DNA of 64,000 nucleotides from an uncultured Candidatus Saccharibacteria bacterium (GTDB lineage Bacteria; Patescibacteriota; Minisyncoccia; Phycocordibacterales; UBA918): NCBI GenBank assembly GCA_964353135.1, contig CAYGTV010000002.1, positions 67,204 to 131,203 of the forward strand, read 5' to 3'. Shown piece by piece: positions 56,717 to 64,000 of this stretch (position 1 is its first letter; each line of letters starts with the position of its first letter). The notes under the pieces were generated by a model. It saw only the letters and a program-made list of their open reading frames with translations, ran no database searches and was not told where the DNA came from. The position numbers and the translations under genes were made by a program.

Positions 56717-57256
56717 AACGGATTTCTCCGTTGGGGATGGAGAAAAGGTTATGTATTCATACCAGATTGCCTACAAAATAAAGACAGCACCATAGACCCA
56801 GTAGTGACTGGGTTGTATGCAGCAAATCGTGAGACGCAAATCGCCCACGGCTGTGCCGCTTGGGTTGTTTTTAAATTGGTAGCAATATGTCGCATGAAAT
56901 TACTTTATCATAATAAAATAATATGTCAACAGTAAATCACCCTTATTTTACTGGCTGAAAACACTGCTTTTTATAGCACCAAAAATGGGCATTACGTCAA
57001 TTGCTCTCTTGGTTTCCTCTAGTACAATGTCTCGCATACCAAAAGTGGTACTCAATCGATACATACTTAATCCCATGTATTGAACTTCCAAGCACGACCG
57101 TAATGACAGAACTGCAGCGAGACTAAACAAACGCTTATAAAACACACACAATCAGAACTCGACGAATCAGATAGACCACATTCGTATCGAATTACATATA
57201 TAGGAATTACCGCGCTTGTCGCCGTTCCACTTATTAGCCAAGCCTTCTTTGGTTCA

Positions 57257-58171
57257 TTGTTTGCTGAAACTATAACCCCTACCCAAGAGGTGACAGGCGT
57301 TAGCGCGCATGCAGCAGATATGCCGCTGCTTTCAGCTCTAAATAAACCTGTTTCAGAAGTCGCGCGCGGTGGTGGAGACATCGTTGTTCAAGATAACGCC
57401 TTACTAGCCACTGGAATCGTTGGTGAAAATGATATGGCACCAGTTGGCAGTAGTGAGATCCGCGTATACACCGTACGAGAAGGTGATTCTTTGTCGCAGG
57501 TAGCAGAGATGTTTGGTGTAACAACCAACACCATCCTCTGGGCAAACGACCTACCTCGAGCCACCCAAATTCAACCTGATGACGTACTTGTTATTCTTCC
57601 AGTTGCCGGTGTGCAACACACAGTTAAGTCAGGTGACACTATTTCAACCATTGCTAAAAAGTACGATGGTGATGCTGATGAAATTCTCTCCTTCAACCAG
57701 TTAACAGACGAGAGTGAATTATCAGTCGGCGATCAGATCATTATTCCTGGTGGTACGGTCCAGTCAGTTCAGGCTCGAGCGGCGAGTGCAAAACCAGTCA
57801 AAATTTCTGGAGCGGCTGGAGCGTCAAGTGCAGGCTTTATTCATCCGGTTCCTGGAGCGACTCGAACACAAGGTATTCACGGAAACAACGCAATCGACTT
57901 TGCAGCCGGATATGGAACAACTATTCGTTCTGCAGCAGCTGGGGAAGTGATTGTTTCTAAAAGTTCTGGCTGGAATGGTGGTTACGGACAGTATGTCGTA
58001 GTGCGACACAATAACGGTTCACAAACACTGTACGCTCACCTTTCACAAAACTATGTCGGAGTTGGTGCATACGTTGCTCAAGGTGAAGCAGTTGGAGCGA
58101 TGGGTAATACTGGTCGATCTACCGGGACTCACCTCCACTTCGAAATCCGCGGCGCCAGGAATCCATTTTAA
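57257..58171 (+). CDS. LysM-domain M23 metallo-endopeptidase (peptidoglycan hydrolase); TTG start, may extend upstream
   Basis: Two LysM repeats (YTVREGDSLSQVA..., HTVKSGDTISTIA...); M23 motifs HGNNAIDFAA and GNTGRSTGTHLHFEIR. Confidence 0.8.
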   Translation: MFAETITPTQEVTGVSAHAADMPLLSALNKPVSEVARGGGDIVVQDNALLATGIVGENDMAPVGSSEIRVYTVREGDSLSQVAEMFGVTTNTILWANDLPRATQIQPDDVLVILPVAGVQHTVKSGDTISTIAKKYDGDADEILSFNQLTDESELSVGDQIIIPGGTVQSVQARAASAKPVKISGAAGASSAGFIHPVPGATRTQGIHGNNAIDFAAGYGTTIRSAAAGEVIVSKSSGWNGGYGQYVVVRHNNGSQTLYAHLSQNYVGVGAYVAQGEAVGAMGNTGRSTGTHLHFEIRGARNPF

Positions 58172-58386
58172 TTCAATCTACTTCGTCGTCACATCAAAAA
58201 ATCGGCTCCCTGGACTCTTGTCCCGGTCGCCGCTTTTTGATTAGACTCCTCGCATCTTAAATCAAAATGAATCCCTGGTAAGTAAATAAAATATTTTTTG
58301 GTACTTAGGTACGACAACTTGCTTTTATATAAATAGTAGTGTTTTATTTCATTGGAATCCAATAGCAAATAAGCGAGGTAGTTAAA

Positions 58387-59061
58387 ATGAATTATGCTGT
58401 TAGAGACGCAATGCACGACCCAGAAAGTCCTCTATTCAAACAAATGGAGCTGGCAATTCAAAGAATTTTACGCTCCGATGACCCAAATGATGTGCTGGCT
58501 GGGATTAAGCACCAGTTTAAATCGGGTGATATCAATCGTACATCGGTCATCTGTATCAACAACTGGGCGTCAGATGAACAAGTGGTTCAGGCGTTTGAAT
58601 TCCTTTCTGCACATGGATTTGTGTGGGAGGCAGTGTATTTGATGGAGAGAAAAGAAGTCATTTTCGTCCACTATGGGGATGAAATCGTTGGAAAAATCCA
58701 AACGATGGTACTGACTGCAGTCAGGGAAAAACAGACAGCCGGTTTCCAGGCCATCGCTTCCTATATTCCTGAAGAACACCGGTCAGGTATTTATTCTGGA
58801 ATGTTTCAACTGTGGTATCACGTAGCGGAGCAAGAAAATGATGAAGATAAGAAGATCAATCTCCTGTCTGACATTTGCTGGACTGCTACAACAAAGAATA
58901 CTCCAGAAGCGGAAGCTCTTGCGTTTAGTTGTCTGATTGAAGATCTATATCCTGAGGCAGCAAAGCAAATACGAGACTATCATCAACATGGTATTGAACC
59001 ACAAGGTCTTGGTTTGTTTGGTACATTGCTTAGAAAAGTTCTTGTTGCCAATAATGGGTAA
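58387..59061 (+). CDS. Hypothetical protein
   Basis: 224-aa ORF with its own terminator; no motif recognised. Confidence 0.4.
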   Translation: MNYAVRDAMHDPESPLFKQMELAIQRILRSDDPNDVLAGIKHQFKSGDINRTSVICINNWASDEQVVQAFEFLSAHGFVWEAVYLMERKEVIFVHYGDEIVGKIQTMVLTAVREKQTAGFQAIASYIPEEHRSGIYSGMFQLWYHVAEQENDEDKKINLLSDICWTATTKNTPEAEALAFSCLIEDLYPEAAKQIRDYHQHGIEPQGLGLFGTLLRKVLVANNG

Positions 59062-59064
59062 AAT

Positions 59065-59096
59065 AAAACGCCGGCTGCAATGGTCGGCGTTTTTTG
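59065..59096. terminator. Terminator AAAACGCCGGC-TGCAATG-GTCGGCGTTTT (one mismatch)
   Basis: Inverted repeat between convergent genes. Confidence 0.5.
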
Positions 59097-59104
59097 TGTA
59101 AAAA

Positions 59105-60616
59105 CTATATACTCACCCGATACTGCAATGCTTCTAGCACGTGGCTTGTTTCGATGTCAGCTGAACCGTCCAGGTCGGCGATGGTTCGGGAGACTTTGAT
59201 GAGGCGATGGTATGAGCGAGGTGAGAGGTTTAGTTTTTCACTCGATAGTTTAAGTAGGTCTTTAACGTCGTCTTTGATCACGATGTGTTCTTCGATTTCC
59301 CTGCTACTGAGGTTGGTGTTGGTAAATTCATTGTCCCGCTTGTAACGCTTTTGTTGCGCGGTTCTCGCTTTTGAAATCACTTCTCGCGCAAGGTTGGTTT
59401 CATCAATTTTGCTTGGTAGTGCAGTAAGGGTGTCGTACGGGACATGTGGTACCTCGATCCATAAATCAATCCGATCGAGAATTGGTCCGGATACTTTGTT
59501 TTTGTATGTGTCGCGCATGGCACCCGCGAGGTCTTGCGTACCGTCTTCACTGCCACGGTACGGGTTAAGTGCAGCCACCAAAATAAAATCAGCTGGAAAT
59601 TCGGCTGTACCTTGAACTCGCGAAATGGTTACCACCCGATCTTCAAGTGGTTGTCGTAGGGCATCGATTGAGCGTCGCTCAAATTCGGGAAACTCGTCCA
59701 TAAAAAGTACACCATGATGTGCGAGGGTTACTTCTCCTGGTTTTGGGTTAGCTCCCCCACCCACTAAACTAGTATGACTCGCAGTGTGGTGCGGTGCGCG
59801 AAACGGTGCCTGCGAAGTGATACTACTATCTCCACCTGCTAAAGAATGGATTGCAGTGACACTCAGCGCCGCTTCACGTGACAGTGGTGGCAACAGTCCG
59901 CGTAGCGCCCGGGCCAACATAGTTTTTCCAGTTCCAGGTGGCCCTACTAGCATCACATTGTGTCGCCCGGCAGCAGCAATGATGAGTCCGCGTTTGGCGC
60001 TTTCTTGACCTTTGATATCCTCTAGTTTTGTAGCACTGTCGGTCCACTCATCTGTAATTTGGGTAACTGCAGCGGGAGTAAGTGATGGTTTTGTGTTGTC
60101 AGTGTTAATATGGTCGATCACTTCGGTGAGGGTGGTTGCACCATACACGGTAATACCATCGATCAGCGCGGCTTCGGTCACGTTCATCTGGGGCACTATG
60201 ATTTCGGTAAATCCAGCTTCTTTGGCCGCTATCACGCAGTTAAGCACCCCTTTGATCGGTCGAAGTGAACCATCGAGTGAGAGCTCGCCGACGTACACTC
60301 TTTTTGTATCATCAGTTTCTATTTCACCAGCCGCAATAAGATACGCAATGGCAATTGGAAGGTCAAACAATGGCCCTTCTTTTTTGAGATCAGCTGGAGA
60401 AAGAGACACCACTACTTTTTGATTTTTAGTTTTAGGTGATGTATAGCCAGAATGCTTTATGGCACTCCCTACTCGATCTTTGGATTCATCAATTGCCTTG
60501 CCAGCTAAACCTACAATCGCAAATGAATGTAGACCTCTAGCAATGTCTGTTTCGATAGTTACAACTGTGCCGCTTAAAATATGTGGCTGGATGGTTGTAA
60601 CTCGTGCGACCTCCAT
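59105..60616 (-). CDS. comM: Mg-chelatase-like AAA+ ATPase ComM/YifB
   Basis: N-terminal Lon-protease-like subdomain, AAA+ motifs VMLVGPPGTGKTML, C-terminal YifB region. Confidence 0.85.
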   Translation of the reverse strand: MEVARVTTIQPHILSGTVVTIETDIARGLHSFAIVGLAGKAIDESKDRVGSAIKHSGYTSPKTKNQKVVVSLSPADLKKEGPLFDLPIAIAYLIAAGEIETDDTKRVYVGELSLDGSLRPIKGVLNCVIAAKEAGFTEIIVPQMNVTEAALIDGITVYGATTLTEVIDHINTDNTKPSLTPAAVTQITDEWTDSATKLEDIKGQESAKRGLIIAAAGRHNVMLVGPPGTGKTMLARALRGLLPPLSREAALSVTAIHSLAGGDSSITSQAPFRAPHHTASHTSLVGGGANPKPGEVTLAHHGVLFMDEFPEFERRSIDALRQPLEDRVVTISRVQGTAEFPADFILVAALNPYRGSEDGTQDLAGAMRDTYKNKVSGPILDRIDLWIEVPHVPYDTLTALPSKIDETNLAREVISKARTAQQKRYKRDNEFTNTNLSSREIEEHIVIKDDVKDLLKLSSEKLNLSPRSYHRLIKVSRTIADLDGSADIETSHVLEALQYRVSI

Positions 60617-60619
60617 AAG

Positions 60620-62215
60620 CTAGTTTGCAAACAATGTGCTAATTTCAGCAAATGCATCTGGAGAAGCTGCTATCACCAGTGTTTCTTCGTTGATGATTCC
60701 GTAGGTTATTGTTTGCCCTGATCCCAACCCTAGTACTCGTGTATCAATCCCGGCTATTGAAGTGTCTGCAAACTTACCTGCGTCAATCTTTCCGTATAGT
60801 GGGGTGAGTGCCGCAATAAGTTCAGTTTCAGATGCTAATAGTGCACCAGTAACCGAAGTTGGGTCGACAATGCTAATTAGTATCTGAGGCGCAGTCGTTC
60901 CTGATTGTATGAACCGAACCGTGGTTGCATATCGTTGGATTGTAGTAGGTATCGCTGGTGCCACTAGTTCAAAAACAAGTGCTGACGGCAGTAGTTCTTT
61001 GTCATTGTTGATCAGCACAATTTCCGTGTAGGAAGCTGATCCGGAATAGTTTGTCAGTGAAGCGATTGTAAATGTTTGATCAACAATCATGGTTTGTGTG
61101 TCCACACCTGTGACGAGACTTTCAATGTTGTTTGCTGTGTTTGTAGGAGTAGTTGGTTCACTGTTCATGATAATCCAACCGAAAAATCCTGTAACTAGCA
61201 CCAAAGCCAGACCTCCAGAAACATACATAGTGAGTTGGTTCGTTGTTAGTTTATGTTTGGTCGTACTGTCAGTCTCTGGTTCAGGTAACACCGGCTCAGC
61301 CACCTCTTCAGCTGGAGTAGTGTTAACTTCTGGAGCCATGGTTGGGACTTCTGCTGGTTCGGGTTCTGGTGGTTGAGGCTCTGTTTCAGTTGGTGTCGGG
61401 GTTGGCTCGGCGTCAACCGTGTGTGCAACCGGCGTTATAGGTTTCGGAACTACAGCTGGAGCTGGTTCTGGTACTACCTCAGGTTCTATAACTGGTTCAG
61501 CTATAGGTTCTGGTGCAGCAGCAACAGGAGGTGGAACAGAACGCTTCTTAAATTCAACAACGACGTTTGTTGTTTGAGGTTCATCCTGCCCGGCCTCTAG
61601 TAGTGAATATCCAGTTTCCGTATATGGAGACCAGTTAGTTTCAGGTTCATGAGGTTTATTTTGTTCTTGTAGTTTGCGGGCTTTGATACGCTCTTTAAGC
61701 GTTTCGTTGTCTGCAGTGAATATAGTTCCACTTTTTGTGGTGGCCTGCTGAATAACCCCCTTGCGACGGTCTGCAACCGATACCGCTAATTTTGGGGTAG
61801 CTTTTTTCTTTCGAGACTTAAACCAATTAATAATACTTTTTTTAGTTTCACTAAATAAAGAAAAAGAGTGGGTTTTTGTATCAGTAATAATTGCCCCTCC
61901 CCCTACCTGTCGACTAGGCGTTATACCTTTTGCTTTATTCTTGCCCTTTCCTTTTTTCGCACCAGACAAGTCAATATCGCCAAGGTTTTTTTCAATTTCA
62001 TGAAAAGCTGGGATTTTTTTAGAGGCCTCTGGTTTTTGAATAGTTTTAGCTATTGTTTTAGGGGGAGCTGGAATCTCCTTTGTTGTTTTTTCTGGTGTAG
62101 GTACGGTTGGTTGTTGTGGGGATGTGACTTGGGTGTGAGAAGTGGCGCCTTTTACACGCTCAAAGTCTGACGCAAATGTGCGCATGCCTTTTTTTTGTGC
62201 GGGCTGATCACTCAT
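60620..62215 (-). CDS. Hypothetical bitopic membrane protein with a Pro-rich (PEPxP) cytoplasmic region and an extracellular C-terminal domain
   Basis: Single TM LTMYVSGGLALVLVTGFFGWII; Pro/Glu/Thr-rich repeats; 4-nt gap to comM. Confidence 0.4.
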   Translation of the reverse strand: MSDQPAQKKGMRTFASDFERVKGATSHTQVTSPQQPTVPTPEKTTKEIPAPPKTIAKTIQKPEASKKIPAFHEIEKNLGDIDLSGAKKGKGKNKAKGITPSRQVGGGAIITDTKTHSFSLFSETKKSIINWFKSRKKKATPKLAVSVADRRKGVIQQATTKSGTIFTADNETLKERIKARKLQEQNKPHEPETNWSPYTETGYSLLEAGQDEPQTTNVVVEFKKRSVPPPVAAAPEPIAEPVIEPEVVPEPAPAVVPKPITPVAHTVDAEPTPTPTETEPQPPEPEPAEVPTMAPEVNTTPAEEVAEPVLPEPETDSTTKHKLTTNQLTMYVSGGLALVLVTGFFGWIIMNSEPTTPTNTANNIESLVTGVDTQTMIVDQTFTIASLTNYSGSASYTEIVLINNDKELLPSALVFELVAPAIPTTIQRYATTVRFIQSGTTAPQILISIVDPTSVTGALLASETELIAALTPLYGKIDAGKFADTSIAGIDTRVLGLGSGQTITYGIINEETLVIAASPDAFAEISTLFAN

Positions 62216-62252
62216 TACTACTAGTATCGCACAGTCGAACGCTTGAAACTCT

Positions 62253-64000
62253 CTAGTTTTTCACGGGCGGTGGAATGATCCCTTTTCTGATTGCGTACTC
62301 TGGGTCTTGGTCTTTGAGGGAAAGTCCGATTTTTCCGTTATCAACCTTGATAATCCTTACCGTCACAACGTCGCCTTCTGTAAGGACATCGCTAGCCTTC
62401 TCAATGTGGAAGGGCGCAATTTCAGAAATGTGAATCAATCCTTCATGCTCATCATCAAGTTTTGCAAATGCTCCAAAGTTTGTCATGTTCAACACGGTCA
62501 CCTCAACCACTTCTCCAACTTCGTATACTTTGGTCAAAGTTCTAATCCTGGTTGCTGCTAGTTCAGCTGTACCGTTTTTGCCAGTGATAAACACTGAACC
62601 GTCGTCCTCGATATTAATTTCTTCAACTCCAGTTTCTTCTTTAATTTTGTTAATAGTTTTTCCGCCACCACCGATCACCAAGCCTATTTGCTCAGGTAGT
62701 ACCATGAGTGAAATAATCTGTGGAGCTCGATCTGAAATCTTTTCTCGCGGAGCTGCTATTTCTGCTGTCATAGTTTCCAGAATATGAAGCCGCGCAGTTT
62801 TTGCTTTTTGCAGGGCTTCGCTCAGGATGTGTAATGGTACTCCGTCAACTTTTACATCCATTTGGATTGCCGTGACTCCGTGGGTAGTTCCAGCGACTTT
62901 TAAATCCATGTCACCAAACTCATCTTCTGGCCCTTGGATGTCAGTTAATACCCGGTAGTCATCACCGTTAATCAGCACGCCAGATGCTATGCCTGCAACT
63001 GGTCGTTTGATTGGGACACCACCGTCCATCAAAGCCAGTGTCGAAGCACATACCGATCCCATTGAGCTTGATCCATTGCTTGATAATGTTTCTGAAACAA
63101 GACGGATAGTATAAGGAAACTCAGACTGTTCAGGAATCATCGGAGCAAGAGCTTTTTCTGCTAGCGCCCCATGTCCGATCATGCGCCGGTTAAAACCGCC
63201 TAAGCGTCCAGTTTCTCCAACCGAGTAGGGTGGAAAGTTGTAGTGATGCATAAACCTTTTTTTTGTATCACGGTCTTCGATAGTGTCGAGTTGTAGTGCA
63301 GCGTCAGGACCTCCAAGGGTCAGGGCTGAAAAGATGTGGGTTCCACCACGATAAAAAATTCCTGACCCATGCAATATTGGAGAGATACCTCCCGCTTTTG
63401 CATATAGTGGTCGTACCGTATCAAAGTCACGACCGTCGGCTCGTTTGTTATACATGAGTGCCCCTTCGTGCAGAGTCTCGTCGATTTGCTCTTCAAAAAA
63501 CATGTCAGCAATCGCTACATCGAGTTCCGCCTCTTTAGCAAAATCTAAAAATTCTTGTTTACACTCATAGATATGTTTTTTTCCAGTGCTACTAGAAAAA
63601 ACAGTATCAAAAAGTCTTTGTTTAAAGTGGGCGTTATATAGATTGGCAATCTCTGGCGTGTGCGCGGGGATGTCAATTTGTTTTTTACTCTTGCCTATTT
63701 CATTGATGATGTTGTTTTGCCACTGCTCCACCTGACTATGGATTGCTATCGTTGCTTCAAATACAGCTAATAAATCTGGCTCGCTGGTTTCGTCTGCTGC
63801 CGTTTCGATCATGTTGATCGTTCCATCTTTGCCACAAGTAAACACCTCAAGGTTGAGAGCATCGCCTGCCCGCTCGCGATAACCAGGATTTACAAATATT
63901 TCCCCGTCACTTTTCCGGCGACCAATCCGCACAGCACCAACTGGCCCACGCCATGGAATATCAGATACTCCTAGCGCAAGCGATGCTCCAATTACTCCCA
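62253..64000 (-). CDS. pnp: Polyribonucleotide nucleotidyltransferase (PNPase), N-terminus truncated by the window edge
   Basis: RNase PH domains, KH and C-terminal S1 domain (VGEVVEVTVLNMTNFGAFAKL); reading frame stays open through position 64000. Confidence 0.85.
   Translation of the reverse strand, partial: GVIGASLALGVSDIPWRGPVGAVRIGRRKSDGEIFVNPGYRERAGDALNLEVFTCGKDGTINMIETAADETSEPDLLAVFEATIAIHSQVEQWQNNIINEIGKSKKQIDIPAHTPEIANLYNAHFKQRLFDTVFSSSTGKKHIYECKQEFLDFAKEAELDVAIADMFFEEQIDETLHEGALMYNKRADGRDFDTVRPLYAKAGGISPILHGSGIFYRGGTHIFSALTLGGPDAALQLDTIEDRDTKKRFMHHYNFPPYSVGETGRLGGFNRRMIGHGALAEKALAPMIPEQSEFPYTIRLVSETLSSNGSSSMGSVCASTLALMDGGVPIKRPVAGIASGVLINGDDYRVLTDIQGPEDEFGDMDLKVAGTTHGVTAIQMDVKVDGVPLHILSEALQKAKTARLHILETMTAEIAAPREKISDRAPQIISLMVLPEQIGLVIGGGGKTINKIKEETGVEEINIEDDGSVFITGKNGTAELAATRIRTLTKVYEVGEVVEVTVLNMTNFGAFAKLDDEHEGLIHISEIAPFHIEKASDVLTEGDVVTVRIIKVDNGKIGLSLKDQDPEYAIRKGIIPPPVKN

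Noticed and set aside
1-64000. CRISPR arrays, transposases, integrases, prophage
   Set aside because: No direct-repeat/spacer periodicity and no recombinase or transposase motifs are seen in any ORF. The only mobile-DNA hints are compositional (the AT-rich islet at 1-3060) and the inverted tRNA-Lys fragment.

Overview
This window looks like the origin-proximal region of a small, compact bacterial genome of about 45% GC. On gene content it is probably a Saccharibacteria-like member of the candidate phyla radiation (my inference). The housekeeping backbone includes rpsT, ruvA, ruvB, ruvC with yebC, polA, tsaE, tyrS, a PBP1A, dnaA and dnaN with rpmH, rnpA and yidC placed as usual, plus rsmA, uvrD/pcrA, comM and a pnp gene cut by the window edge. 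There are three tRNAs and many hairpin terminators between genes. Type IV pilus genes are present (pilM-pilN-pilO, and pilB elsewhere). The accessory content that stands out is threefold. First, an AT-rich islet at the left end carries a standalone OLD-family ATPase-TOPRIM nuclease, a candidate antiphage defense gene. Second, about 13 kb on the minus strand encodes a Gram-positive-type type IV secretion (T4SS)-like apparatus: a PrgI-like protein, a VirB4 split into two ORFs, and a VirB6-like protein with a long coiled-coil tail, surrounded by lineage-specific secreted and membrane proteins. It is followed by a secreted-protein operon whose last gene has a VirB2 pilin-like hydrophobic hairpin fused to a Cys-rich domain. 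Third, there are several unusual small features: a RuvX/CsaA tRNA-binding-domain fusion, a hyper-acidic 87-aa protein, a 30-bp perfect palindrome between rpmH and rnpA, and GC-rich structured intergenic segments that may be small RNAs. I saw no CRISPR array, transposase or integrase.
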